NCBI GenBank assembly: GCA_040954595.2
Contig: CM082597.2
Span: 4,717,244-4,781,243 of the forward strand
Source: Balanoglossus misakiensis
Taxonomy: Eukaryota > Animalia > Hemichordata
Reading direction: 5' to 3'
Length of the DNA stretch: 64,000 nt
Position numbers and translations under genes: made by a program
Part shown: piece by piece, positions 50,201-64,000 of the stretch
Layout: each line of letters opens with the position of its first letter
Numbering within the stretch: the stretch's first letter is position 1
Notes under the pieces: model-generated
Seen by the model: only the letters and a program-made list of their open reading frames with translations
What the model was told of the DNA's origin: nothing
Databases searched by the model: none

Positions 50201-53200
50201 TAATCACCATACCCACCGAACAATTTAATATCATAATGGCATAAAATATTAAAACCGGGAAGGCTCATTCATTACGTGATCACATGCATTCAGTTGTGAT
50301 AATTTATCCTTGGACAGAATGTCCACAAGAATTCAAGTTGTGATGGCATATATTGAAGATGAAATTTATTTATTCCTTTGATAATGGCAACACAACAAGC
50401 CTTTTAGGTGGAAAAGTCAAATAGGGTTTCACTTAAAGTATATCCTTTAAAAGGAGTCTAAATAATATCATCAAGCAAATGTATGGAAAGCTATGACTGA
50501 TTTAAGTGGGCTAAGCATGGATCAATCACAAGCCTTGAAGTCCCATTGCCTAAAACTTTGGGTGATTTTTCACTCTAACTTTTGTTGAATCAAATGTTCA
50601 TGTGGTTTCTCCTTTACCACTGCTGTGAGCTAAAGTATTACATGTTGTGCTTGTATACAGAATCAAGCGTTACAACTAATACAGCTGTAATACCGGCCCA
50701 TTCAATTTGGATTTTTTTGACAAATGGGAGCGATATAGTTGAACGCTCTTAACGACACTAACTATCACAAATGAATCATTAACGAACGCGATTTCACATC
50801 CGATGAAAGAAGTAACAGATGCCTGTATGACTGAAGTGAAAACTGCTCAAAAGAAATATTTTTTGAAAGGTATGTTTCGTAGTCTTAATGTACATGTGTG
50901 AAATCTTGAGACTAATGATTTTGGTTTTTCAAATAAATGTTCTAAGTATTTTAGTTTGCCTCGGGCCATGTCCTTATATTCGTGATCACATGTGATATGC
51001 GAAAACAGTTATCGTAAGAGTAATGTATCGACTATATGTAAAGGAAGAAAAAAAACTTGAAAAAGTATATCGTGTAATCTAACTGCACGTGTATGATATC
51101 TCGAGACTAATGATTAAAGCGTTTGAAATGACTGTTTTTGTAAATGGTAAGTTTGCCTTGGGCCATGTCCTTTCTAAACGTATTCTAGTTGTCAGAAAAT
51201 TTCGATCTATTCACCACAGATTTCTTTGGCGACGCGATGGTATTGTGGCGTTCTCTATACACGCGGAGGGTCGTTGCTTGCGTTTGAATGCCGGCGATGG
51301 CTCTTCAGCGCTTGTTTACGCGGGTCTTTGTGTTGTTTGATTATTCATCTTGTTATGTGACACACGCCTCAGATCCCAATCAGTGGTGGTGGGTTCCAGC
51401 CTGATTTTCTTTTCACGCCTTTACAATCCCCTCTGATATTTCTCGTGTCCTCAAAGAGGTCTTTGAGGGTTACCCACTGCAAAATACAAAGCCTTGCCTG
51501 TGATTGGACCCTTTGATCAAGTGCGATTTCGATGCAAACCATCCAACCACTCACTCTTGGCGCTTACTGCACAACTGGAGCAGGCAGGAAACGCTAGGAA
51601 ATGGGATTTCAGGCTCTATAAATCAAGAGATACACATACATGGGCAGGATGCCTGTGAATACATTCTTATACAAAGTGAATGAAACTTTATACATACTTG
51701 GCAGAATACACTTTCAGGTCATTGTGGCCACACTGGTCTATGCTCCAAAAGAACTGGCCACATCATATTTCACATGCACATGACCAGTTGCAAAGACAAA
51801 GTAATGCAGCACAGACAACAACAAAAAATACCACAAAGGAAAAAAAGCCCAGTCCGTGAATGACAGAGTATGGACCTCTGGCAAAACTTCCAAGAAGTGT
51901 AGTTTGTGTTTAACAAATGAATTTGTGTCCAGGTTGAATTCAATTTCTAGCAAAAGCAATGCCTTGTGTACACATATGGGTTGTCATGAACTATAACACA
52001 ATTGCAACTATTATTTTGACAATAAGATATATATGCACCAATTGAACCTGAACGTACATTGACATTTTATAAATTGCTTATTTTCATCTCAAGTATTAGA
52101 ATTGTGGGTGTTGTTTATTTAACAAAACTACTGCTAGATTGTAAATTGTTAAAGAAATTTTGACAAAATGTTCAAGACCTTATTATCACACAAATTTGTT
52201 TTAATCTTGTTCTGTATAATAGCATGTGTTAGAGATACTCAAATGAGACACAGCATGCAGTTGGTACAAAAAGACAGTGAAAATAATACCCATGAGTTAA
52301 AGCTAATGGAGCTCTAATAATATGTAGCGCCATCAATTGGTGCAATCAGTCTTCTGGACAGCATCACTGCCAGGATTGAAAACATCAATGATATATGTAG
52401 TCTAGATATCTTACCAAACAGGTATCTGTGCCATCTGAACCTATTCCTTGAGAACTGCTGCCAAATGTGACATTAAATTGGCTGACAAATCGCTCAAAGG
52501 ATAGTCATGTCCATTCACTAAAATGCATATACTTTAGGGCAATTTGCTACACCGGGCACTGAACAACTATGGTGTGAACTTACATTTAAATGGTAAAATC
52601 ACACGAAAGCCGATATAGCAAACCTTTGGAGGGTCGATCTATGAGCGTAAATCCATCGGTCTCACAGTGCCATGGGACCCCCGGTGCATTTAGCTTCAGG
52701 AGCTGATATTTATTTCTTGAGGGGAGGATAACGTATGTTGGCCGTTGGGATTACTTCAGTAAGCGATCAGTCACGCTACAATCTCGTGCAATGCTGTTGT
52801 AAATAGTCATTAATGATGTATTCGATGATGTTCTTGATGGTATGTCTTTTTCAGCCATGCATCTCAGAACATGAATAGGCACACTCTTCATGAAACAGAC
52901 TGAGAAGGTTTTCCTGCAGTATGCTAGTTTAAGAGTGCCAATGCTGTGTGTTGTGATGATTATGATTTTCTTCCAGCAAGAGAATGCCAGGGAGATGCTA
53001 AGACATTCACGACGCTGACATTTATCCAAACTGAAACAAATCCCATCTAATGAAGCGTAAATGTCGCTGAATACTACTGAGTATTGAGGTCTATTGGACA
53101 ACTGACATGCACTTAGACAGGATACCAACAACTAGACAATAACAATCGAATCTTGCCAACTCCGTATCAATATTTCTACTCAAGAAATCAATTCCCAGCA

Positions 53201-56200
53201 TGTTTCACCCAACCCATTCACACACAACTGTTTCGCATGATTGGGCAATGGAGGAGATATTGACAACAGGCGACACTATAATTGATATTTTTACTTTCCA
53301 AAGCACCAGCGGTCGACCCCGGAGTGAAAACTCTTCAAAGGTGACGACCTGCGTTCATTTCCAGGACACACACGGGCAGCGTCACTTTAAATCTAATTAG
53401 ACAGGCCACTTTTGGAGCAATTCATCCATCGAGAAAGCAATCAAAAGGTGTGAACTGAGCATAGCGCTGCTCTTAGCCCTTCAGTCGTCTGGGAAATAAC
53501 ACGCTTTCGCAGAGTCATACAGCCATTAATCACTCTGCTGGCACTGTATCAGATATTGAAGTGGCATTGCGCACATCACACTGGATTCCTTGTGTGTTAA
53601 TAATGACCAGGATATTCTACAATGAATGAAGGAAGGAACTTAATGAATGGATAAATGAATGAATGCATGTATGTACTTACATAAACATGTACTTCACTAC
53701 TCAGAAGAACCTATTGGTGATGAAAGTTGCTAATGTAATTTGACAGTAGGAATTATCATGTTTGAGTTCTAAAACATGGGCTGTATTGATTTACTTAACA
53801 TAAGTATTAGCCAATACCAACTTTTCACAGATGTCAATGCATGTATATTTTGTAAATGTCAAACCTTTCTTAATTGGATAGAGACTTGCAACACACAGCT
53901 AGCTAATGATCATGTATGCTCTTGAATTAAGCCTCAACACTGGCCCATTCACCAGAAATGTCATATCCCCATTACTTGCTAAAATGGATATTCCGCCAAT
54001 TTCAAGTTATCAAACTTCTTGAACCATTCACTTCTGAGACAATGGGAATGCAACTTTCTGACATGCTTTCCAACTAATACTACCTGTAAGGTCACATACA
54101 TGGAACTTCGCCGTGCAATTCGTTCTGTTCATTGCAACATGCCTACTTTACTCAGGGGAAAGAGTACACGTCACCTCTTAATGCCAATTTATGTTTCCAT
54201 ATGGCATTAGACCTGACAAACACCGGAAGGTAATAACACTCTGAGATTACCTCATTTATATATATCCTGTTTTCAACAAGACTTAGAAAGTCAATATATA
54301 TTTCAATTTGTTTCCCTTTTTCGCGGAATAAGAAGATAACCACTCGCGGTTTCACTATAAATAAACTGCCTTGATGTGATGAAAACAAGAACAACAGTCG
54401 TTGAGTACGAACGACCCTTGATAATCTTAAAACCTGGTGTATAAAACATTGATGCTTGGTTATATGCTCGAATGAGGCGTATGAGTTATTGATCAAACGT
54501 GTAATAGAAACTTTCTGGGCAACTTTGTTGGTTTCTTACAGATCAGATATGAAGACAATGTATGTCTCAATTAAGTGACTGTGTCATGGTTGTGGTCAAC
54601 ATGTTGTCCTACATTATCCTGTACTATGGCTGCAATTATTTAACACATTTGTTAACATTACCAAACAAAAGAAAGACTGTACTACAAAACACATGGAAGC
54701 GGCACAAAAACACACATAGAGAGTGGCATCATCATGAACTCAAAGATATGTGTGAACATGGCCTCCACACTTACAATGCCATACATTTGTTGATATTCGT
54801 ACTGTTGTATTGTCACGCGAGAGCATGGGAAAGCAAGCAACTGCAATGGTGAAGTTCATATCATTGCAGATAGTGTTTCTTGAGACAATTAAGACATAGA
54901 TTAGCACGGATGCATAGGTTGAAAATGTCGGATATTGGCTTACGGCATTGGTCATATTCGTGACATCAGGTAATAGGCTTTCTCAACAGAGAGGCAGGAC
55001 AGGTGAGTTATTGAAGCTGATTCCCCTCGCACGATGCAATGCTAACTAGTTCTAAGGCGACCTTTGGGATACGGTCAAGGCTAGATGCATTTCATGCTGG
55101 CGGGTACGTATATGAAAATAATCAGTCCCCATGACATTTGTAGTCGATTTGCTGTCATGATGTGCCGTGTTTGACATTAACTGATTTCGACCGAAGTCGG
55201 CTTGACATGCTTTTATGCAAATGAGGTAATTTATGTCATTGTTGTGAACGTCGTTCATTCGACTGTAATTGGCTGTAGCGCCACTGAGACGATCTCGTGG
55301 AGTTCCAAGGCGAGTTACTTGAGTTGTCGCTGACCCACTTTGGGAAAGGTATTACCGCGCGAGTGTAGCACACTCGTCCGGGTGAAGGTTCGACTGAACA
55401 GTAAGGTGGCGAGGCAATTTATAAAAGCGGAATTTGTAAATTGGAACGCTTTCAGAGAAAAGCGCTTGTTTCATCACTCTGACATTTATCATAAGAGTAA
55501 TGTATCGAGAAGGTGTGACCGAACATCGAGTAACCACTCTGCAAAAATATCAAAATGTCAAAGTGGCACTTGTGTTATTTCTCTGCTATGAAAACGTACC
55601 GACCTGTTTTATTCTAACCCCAGTTTCATGCTTCTAGGAAATGACACTAGTGCATGCATATGATTCCTGTGAATCTCAAAATTGCCTTTGATAATAGTCA
55701 TGGCATTAGAATGCTCTAGTTAACAAAAGGTCATACAACTTCAATCAAACTTCAAGTCATATTGATAGCATAACGACCCATACAAAATTATACACTCAGT
55801 CGCCTCATCAGCATATTAAGGTAGTACACACCTGGGGGGAGAGACATTAAGAAAAATGTTAGCCAAGAGTACAAGAATCTTTAAAACACATTGATTTACC
55901 AATCAGGACAATCAATTGTGTTGTATAGAAACAAAATAATACGGGAAAGACTTTGACTGTATTCGACTTATCAAATTTGACTTACATGATTGACCGAAAA
56001 GAAGCCTATTCTCTGACGCTATGAAGGTTTTAATCAACAAAGTCGTGTAGACATTGTGTGGTGAAATTTCGATTTAATTGAACAACAAGTCCAATTTTGC
56101 ACAGACAGTCGAGTGCTTCAAGAAGTATTTGGAGACATATGTGGTCATAATTGCGCAATAGACAGATAAGGCTTGAGATCTGTGGCAGACTGAATGTTGT

Positions 56201-56435
56201 GGTGGGCGATTCCATGTGAGGGACCATAGCAAGAACCGCACCGTCAATCCACACTGGCTATCAATAATGCATGATGCAATGTCTCTGCAGAGAGGCATCC
56301 ACTAATGTTCGTGTCTTGTTGAGCAGGCTCCACTCCTCCACGCACCCAGCTGACTGATTCGATTAGGCGTGGTGCCGTCTTGTGCAGAGCAGCTGCTGAA
56401 GAGGCTGGCCAAATATTAGTGCCGAGCTAGACTGA

Positions 56436-56659
56436 CAATAGACCATTTTCTGAACTCCACGAGACCCCGCGAGATCTTGCGTGGTTAGGCAGTTTATATG
56501 GGGGGGGGGACAAACAACAGACGGTTCATCGTGGTAAACTGCACAAACGAGTCAATTTTTGTATAAACTCTGCACATATTATTGTTTTAAACAAAGCTTG
56601 CTGTATGCCTTTGCTACAAGTCTCGCGAGATCTCGCAATACGCGGAAAATCAACTATTG
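56436..56659. mobile_element. Possible MITE remnant
   Basis: Imperfect inverted ends caatagaccattttc / gaaaatcaactattg, with subterminal cgcgagatct(t/c)gc motifs near both ends. Confidence 0.4.
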
Positions 56660-58670
56660 GCAGCAATCAATACAGGCAAGATTTATACACAGATAAACAC
56701 GCAACACATAGCCGAGGAGCCAGTCCTAAAGAAAACATGTTAATTTTAAGAACATCGCCAAGGGCCACCATTCCGCCATCTTTTATTTTCCGATATGGCT
56801 CTTGGGTAAATAATAAAAATACCATAAACAGCTGATCGACTGCTATTTTATGTCAAAGACACCATTCTCAGACTTGCAATATTCTTTGTGTATGAAATGG
56901 TCTTCCTACAATTATATGCTCTTGCTATTTATATATGTTGTAAAAACTCGAGTCCTTCTCTACGGGGGTACCTACATCCCTTGGCTAAAAAGGACCCGCA
57001 AGGCATCGTATCTTACCAGTGTGTTGTGTAATTGTAGGGAAGTGGTCTTAGATCCGACAAACATATAAAGCCTTATCATCCGTTAATGTACCACTAAGAA
57101 CATACGTCACGGTTCGCCTAGGCGAATCCGAGTCAGATCATTTTCATTTTTGGGATCTTGTACATTATTCATTAAGACTCTGTCTATTTGTCTGTCTGTC
57201 TCTCTGTTTCCCTCACTCTATCTTCCTCAGTCCATGTTTTTACATGTATCCGTAAACAATCAATGAGAGAAGATCGCATCCTGTGCCCTTATGGCTTCTT
57301 GTGAACAACGACCCTAGTATTACACCTCATTCGTTACTAAAACACACTGGCTGAGAATATATTGTCCGTTTACGGCAATCTGCTTTGTCTTCTTCAAGAG
57401 ATGCATCTATATACACCAACACCCCAAAGTTATTGCACACATAATAAATTATCCTGGACGGCGTCCCGCATGGATGCTGTAGACTCTAGTCATATATTGC
57501 CAATGATTTGTTGGGCACAACATCCGTTGCTTGTCACAGAAACACCTTGATGTAAACCACCCAAGGCACGTTATCTTTCAGTCGTTTAAATTAACAGTAG
57601 AAAATCTCTGGAAATACTGAATTCAACGCATGTACAGTGCCCGCTCTGTGAAACACATGTATGTATCAACTGGTATCCCCGTAAACAATGTGACTGTACA
57701 CGTCCTTTCAAATTCATGCACACATATATGGCATGACTTCATTTTCCATGTATTTGTAAATTCTATGGGAAGTTTAGTTTTCCATAAATAAAAAAGATGG
57801 ACTCTTGCAGACGTTGGAATTTCACTGAGCATTCTCAAGGAGTAAGGCCAAATTAGACCCAGGGGTAAAGGTCAATTCAGGAACTGTTTAACTGGTGTAG
57901 TTATAGGATCATAAAGTTTCAATCATCACAAGCAATTAAAGTACCGCTTTGGCGGTTCAGTATTTCAGGCACCATGGTGCTCGTTCAAATGTTACATTCT
58001 TCATTTTCATGACGCAATTATTTATATCTGTATGCTTACTGGCAGGATCTGCTGAAATGGCCAGTCGTTTAGATATATGGCGCCATCTTGTTTGGTGGAT
58101 ATGTCATTCACACGCTGCGATGACGTTGTTACTGGACAGTATATATATTTCAAGAGGTCGAAGGTTGAATATTCTGCACATTTTAATGATATGGCAGGAC
58201 AAATAACTTCTAAATCAAGCATAATTTAAGGCGAATTGTGTGCACAACTTCCTGTATTGCAAGTGAATTGTCAGTCATTTCTCAAATCGTTAAGATGTAA
58301 AGAAGCAGTTTACCCTGTATGTAATATTATTGAAAGAAAGGTCCAGTTAAGCAAACAATCGACAGATTGAATCATAATGTCACAAATGTACTAAGCTTGC
58401 AGGGCAACGACACGAGAATTTGTTTGTTTTGACTACGCTCACAAATAGTAAGGGCACATCTGACAAATTGGATTTTAGTCATAGTGGTTACTTTGAATGA
58501 CACACAATGAGAACAAGTATTAAATAACATAATGTAAACATTTACATGTATAAGCTTATTAGTGAGCTAAACAAACACATTGGATGCACATATGCTGTTG
58601 CCTTGTGCGATTCACGGTCGGGACCACTTAGGTGAGTTTAGTATATTCATGGACTCACAGACAGAGAGAC

Positions 58671-58739
58671 CAAAGGAAGTCATGAAATACAGCAACTATC
58701 ATGACTAAAGGAAGTCATGAAATACAGCTACTATCATGT
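58671..58739 (+). repeat. 35-bp tandem duplication
   Basis: aaaggaagtcatgaaatacagc(a/t)actatcatg twice. Confidence 0.8.
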
Positions 58740-61700
58740 CGTTTCTTCAATCCCTTATTACAGTGAGTTGTCGACTTATTACCCACAATACAATTATTCT
58801 AATAGGATGAACCCCCTAGTGTGAAGTAAAATGTATTTAATTAGCGAGAGTTACTTCACAAAGCTTGATAGGCCGCTGGTTTACTTAGCTGACATATAAC
58901 CACTATTATCAAGTGATTCAGTGACAGTTTGTTTTGATTGATTGCCTACAATGTTCCACTTTACAATATATTCCCTAATAACAAGCTAATGAACCGCTGG
59001 ACGTCGACTTTAATGTTCGCACTCAGCGAGCTACCAGTAAATTGACAATATTCACCCCTGCTGTTACTTACTCGACAAACTGTTCACACTGTTGAGATGA
59101 TTATTGTGTTGGTTTCTGTTAACAATGAGATGGCTTTAATGAAAAATAAATAGTTACGCCAATCACAATGTAACTAAATATCTATTACATGTATTATGGA
59201 GCAGGTCGATTCTATGGGTCTTTTAGAGAAGGAGGTCAATCACGCGGTACTGGGAAAGATATTACATATTTTTCTCAGTAAAGCTTGTATTATCTAACAA
59301 TTTACATTGGTTAGGGTGCTATTTATGCACGAACTGCGTGTAACTGACTTTTATAGCCCCTTTTCCATCATATTTTACATAGTTTGTGGGAAAATAAACT
59401 GTGTATTGTAGATGCTGAACACTGATTTTAACAGCAACACATCTAGTGTAAAGGCCATTATGAAACCCTTGGTTTTATTTCAAACTAAGACTGCATGTAT
59501 GGGCTATGAATTCTGCAAATTTGAATGCATTTCCAAACTGTATAAACAGAGGATAAGATTATATTAAAAATGTGTGGCGAGTTCAAATATCCTGGTTTCT
59601 CTATACATGTGTTTGCCCTTTGCTTTTAGGAGTTACCAGTTACATGTATATTGTATTCTAAATGCCTCATGTACCTTTAAAACTAAGAGAGTCTGGTGTG
59701 TGGGTCAAGCATATACTGACAACAGCCAACACACAAATACGAGGTAATACATTTAATAAACAACCAATAAAATGTTAACAAATAAATGCAGTGGTACATT
59801 GCACGTTACTTAGAGCATACTAAAATCACATTACCAAGTGTATGTTAAACTTTTTTGTTGATAGGAAAGGTTGCCTCATTTACATTTCTTTTTGTATTGC
59901 AATGTTATAACCTTTGTCAACCGAAACCGGTTGGCCATTCAAGCAAAGCTACTCTGATTGCAAGAATATGAAAATAATGCCAATTCATAGTGATTCGGTG
60001 TAATGTCCATTTGGTCTTTAAATTATGACATGGCCAAGAGGAAAGAAACATGTTCAACAAGGGAATCTCTGTGCTTTGGTAGAGTATTACATACTTAATA
60101 TTACGCAAGTATAATGCCCACGGTTACTAAACATCAAAATTCAAGTAATATGTATTTAAGAATATTTACCAAAATATATACATTTCACGGAAACGCAATA
60201 AATAAGTCTATATCTGAACTGTTATATAGAAAAAACAAAATAGTCGGCCATTCTTTAGGAGCTAAAAATCGTGCGTTATCTTAAGCATTCGTCACTGGCG
60301 AAAATCGTTACAACAGTGGCTTAGCAACCCAAGAATTGTCATAACTAGTAAAGTTAATACTGGTACGAAATACCGTACACATCAATCAATGTCTGAGAAA
60401 TGGAGTCACAAAGACCCCAGTTACACCTCCCCCTGAGCCAGCTGCCTCGGAACTGTAAATGCTTCATCACCAAAAGAACTGAGTGACATTCTTATTTATC
60501 TTAGACGTAACTCTTATCGTTGTTCTGCTGAATACTGATTGACAGTGCATATACCAATTTTCTTTGTATCTTTTCTATCTAATTGCGTGTGATCAACACA
60601 CTCTGGTAATCCTCCGCTGTCGTCAAATATAAGACTCTCTATATTCTGTGCTAAGTCTTCCGACTGGTGAAAAATGCCAAGGTATGTGTTGGAACATTTC
60701 TGATATCCATAAAAACTGACAGATGCATTAACATTACTAATAATACAAAAATATGTGCCTTTTGATACCAAACTGACGAGGTGCAGTGAAATAAACCAAC
60801 AGTCGTTTTCAAACACTTTCGAGTTTTTGTTTCATTCATCTTATACTTAAACTGATTATATCCCAGCTGCAGACTTCTAAGACAACTGGTGATGTCAGAA
60901 ATTTAATATTAATGTGGATAATAAAATATACAAAGATACAGAAAATCTTTCCGTATATTCGTAAATGCCTATTCTTCGTTGACGTTTGCATAATAACAAA
61001 CAAATGCTTCAATATGCAAATTTATCATTAAAAATATCAAACAGCACGGGCTACGTTAAACTGCTACACACATGTGAAATAGTCTGAATATTAAATTCGG
61101 CAACATGGAGATTACTACAATTATATACAATCGGTTCTTCTTGGAATATGCCAAACTGGAGGCCGTATTATCGATCGTTATCTAGAATAAAATATAAAAG
61201 AGATATAATTACACGTCCTCAGCACCAGTGTTCAATAATGCACTCAACTGCACGGTAAACATGCCCTTACTATACCATATATCATCAATTTGCTCTGTAC
61301 CGTTTTGGACCTTATGAAAGTTTAGAAACGCACACTCTAAATACTATTTACAGTTATCGTTAATCTGTCACTGGGTCGGGATTATCACAGAGAAATAGAC
61401 GTTAATAAATCACAGCCAAGCCGTAAAAGCCAACTGAAAGGAAATCCATTCTCAGAATTTGTAGAAACGCAGTTATGGGCTGTAATTCAAAATCCAGGGG
61501 GGGGGGGGGGGTAATTTATTAGCTAGGTAAACATTATGACATTATAGGTTTAGCCTTCACTTTGTTAATGATACTTCGATGCAGGTTTATGCCAGAATGA
61601 CTGAAATGGCTGCAAGGATTTCTTCGCTGGTAATTATCTTTTTTTTTGGGGGGGGGATACGCACAAGGCTATCAACCACGACTGTAAGCCTTAGCGCACC

Positions 61701-62397
61701 TGAAAACCCTTTCTTTGGAACTCTATATTTAATTGGCCCTTATTAATCAAAATGACATGTCGATTTGGGCAATGGATCGGGCCAATTACCGACAGTATAA
61801 AGCTTATCAAAAGAACTGGGTCAATTAGTGACCGCAGAAACCCAAACAGCGAATTTATTATCGAAATAAAATTGCCACTGATGAATGGATAGGCAAAGAA
61901 AAAACTCATTGATTTGAAATGAATTCATTGCCAAAGTCTTCATGATATATAGATAATGCCTCACAGAGCATTGTATATCTTGGTTAGTTTTTCGGACAAA
62001 AAATCCAATGTACTACAATTTTAATCATCAAAAGTATTGAAAAAGCCATTTTAGTTCAAGATCCCAGGTACATAGTTACAAGGTCCTGTGTGGTATTGAC
62101 AGAAGCTAGTCCTTTATAGGTTAATATTAATAGAAGCTGCCGGTCTACATTCATGTATTCAGATTTCCAAAGACTGTGCTTCTTCTCACCACAGTAAATA
62201 TGGCTGTAACACTGTCACGTGATCGTCATTTAGCCAATGCTGTAAAAGGATGCATCGTGTCGCGATGGTCACAATTCTCTCCGCGAATGTGCGTCGAGTA
62301 ACATCGTCATGTGATCCTTGCTTCAGCCAATGCTCGCAAAGGATACATCGTGTCGCAATGGTTATGTTTATGATCTCTGCACACGCGCGTCACACCT

Positions 62398-63492
62398 CTA
62401 AGCTTGTGTTGTTGGTGTCGGTTTATATCTGCAGACGTGGTTCAGATGGCGCTCGATTTTACAATTGCAGAGCGCCTCGCGGAATGCTTTGCGGTATCTC
62501 TCGTTGAGAATGTTGTAAATAGCCGGATTGATGGCCGAGTTGATGTACATTAAAATCCGAGAGACCAGCAATAACACATATAGCCGGCTGGGCGAGATTT
62601 GGACGTTGTCGAGACTTTGCAGGAGGGTCAGAAACCGGAAAGGGGTCACGCACACAAGATATATTAGTGTCGTTGCGATGAGCATGCGCACGACTTGTTT
62701 TTTGGCCCGCACGGACGCCGTGGACGTTCCCGTTCCCGCGCGCTCTCGCAGATGGATTAGGGTGAGAAAGTACAGCAGTGCGAGAATGGGCACGACGAGA
62801 ATGAGTACCACGCGATCAAACATATAATAGGCGTCGTAGGCAGCGCAACCTCCCTCTGGCGCGCAGCTGTGTATGCATATGTGCAATTTCGCCGGTGCCC
62901 ATGTCTCGTTCCAAGCAGGCGGCCAAGAGATCCGATAAGCGGCCAGTCGGAGTATGTACACCTCTGGGAAGGAGTATATCGCCGAGACTATCCAGATGCT
63001 GGTGCAGGCGACGATGGCCTTCGGCTTGGTGCGCAGCTCTTTGAAGCGGAACGGCCAGCGCACGGCGACGAACTTCTCCAGGGCCAGCAGGATGATGGTG
63101 ATACTTGATGACGTAATCGCCACGGCGGAAGGATAACTGATGATGGTGCAGCCCCAGTCGCCCAGAGAAGACCAGTCCTCCTTCAGCGGAAGCGACGTCG
63201 AGTAATACTGTATCAACTTGGGCGGCACGACCGAGAACAGAAAGAGCATGTCGGCCACGGCCAGATTCACCAAGAAGTAGTTTGTCACCGTCTGCATCTC
63301 CCGCACTCGAGCAAACACATACACAATAAGACCGTTGCCAAGGATCCCTATTGTAAATACAATCGGCATGACGATGGTCACAAGAGCCGTGTCCGTTGCC
63401 GAGTACAACAGAAGCTCCAAGTCATTCTCATTCAGGTTCCAAAGGCCTGAGAAATTATAGGAGTAGTTCTGTCGATAATCCATGTCGTCCAT
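62398..63492 (-). CDS. Class A (rhodopsin-like) GPCR, peptide-receptor type, single coding exon
   Basis: Seven hydrophobic segments: GILGN (TM1), TVTNYFLVNLAVADML (TM2), C..LALEKFVAVRWP (TM3), W (TM4), KKQVVRML..CVTPF (TM6), YINSAINPAIY (TM7). N-terminal N-glycan sequons NYS and NFS. Likely ATG at 63492, just after a polypyrimidine-cag acceptor at about 63503. Confidence 0.92.
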   Translation of the reverse strand: MDDMDYRQNYSYNFSGLWNLNENDLELLLYSATDTALVTIVMPIVFTIGILGNGLIVYVFARVREMQTVTNYFLVNLAVADMLFLFSVVPPKLIQYYSTSLPLKEDWSSLGDWGCTIISYPSAVAITSSSITIILLALEKFVAVRWPFRFKELRTKPKAIVACTSIWIVSAIYSFPEVYILRLAAYRISWPPAWNETWAPAKLHICIHSCAPEGGCAAYDAYYMFDRVVLILVVPILALLYFLTLIHLRERAGTGTSTASVRAKKQVVRMLIATTLIYLVCVTPFRFLTLLQSLDNVQISPSRLYVLLLVSRILMYINSAINPAIYNILNERYRKAFREALCNCKIERHLNHVCRYKPTPTTQA

Positions 63493-64000
63493 GTTGATAG
63501 ATCTGAAGAAAAAGGCCAAAATACAGAAACATTAGGCACACATTTGGAAATATCTCAGTTGTTATAAGCATAATACACCATATCGATAAATCTGATGGAA
63601 AAGACAAACATATAGAAGCAGGTAAACATATGGAAATATCTCAGGTGTATACACAGTATACACGATGTAGATAGATCTGAAAAAGAGACCAAAGCATATA
63701 GAAACTCTAAGTACATATTTGGATGTATACATATTACTGGACATCAGACCACACCCAGACCTCTCCATCTACCTCTCTTCATCTGCGCATTTAACAAAAC
63801 AGACAGACCTGCTCACAGCGTTACCGACCGCCATAAAATTGTCTACGATTTTGACGTCTTCCAAGTGTAGGCAGTGGATAGCACATGATAGCCACCGTCA
63901 TTAGGTCATATTGTCTGTAATGAAGGCAGCAGTGTCTTACCCTCGTCGATGCCGGACTGCTTGTCAACAGTGCACTTCAACGACGCCAGGGAAAATGACC

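Noticed and set aside
1-64000. tRNA, rRNA or autonomous transposase/RT genes; prokaryotic operon interpretation
   Set aside because: No such signatures were recognised by eye (a covariance-model search was not possible); the genes are spliced with eukaryotic signals.

Overview
Eukaryotic, intron-rich animal DNA, probably an invertebrate deuterostome such as a hemichordate or echinoderm (an inference from gene content only). Most ORFs in the supplied track are spurious; the real genes were reconstructed from GT-AG splice sites with consistent reading phases. (1) 1-16352: a direct tandem duplication with a unit of about 9.45 kb. Each copy carries a type I membrane receptor (signal peptide, two C-type lectin domains, Ser/Thr stalk, TM, short tail). 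Most introns and flanks are about 98% identical, while the ligand-binding loops differ almost only by amino-acid-changing substitutions, including QPD versus DPN at the sugar-specificity motif. The junction carries two orphan 3' exons of an HDEL-ending JmjC paralog. (2) An intronless gene with two GT31 (beta-1,3-glycosyltransferase) domains. (3) A gene fusing a GT4-like domain, a TRADD-N-like domain, a coiled coil and an NHL propeller. (4) A JmjC/cupin-8 oxygenase with a signal peptide, an EF-hand-like motif and a C-terminal HEEL. (5) Three tandem type II membrane O-fucosyltransferase-like (GT-B) paralogs. (6) About 17 kb with no convincing gene. (7) A class A peptide-type GPCR. Small MITE-like elements and microsatellites are scattered through the window.
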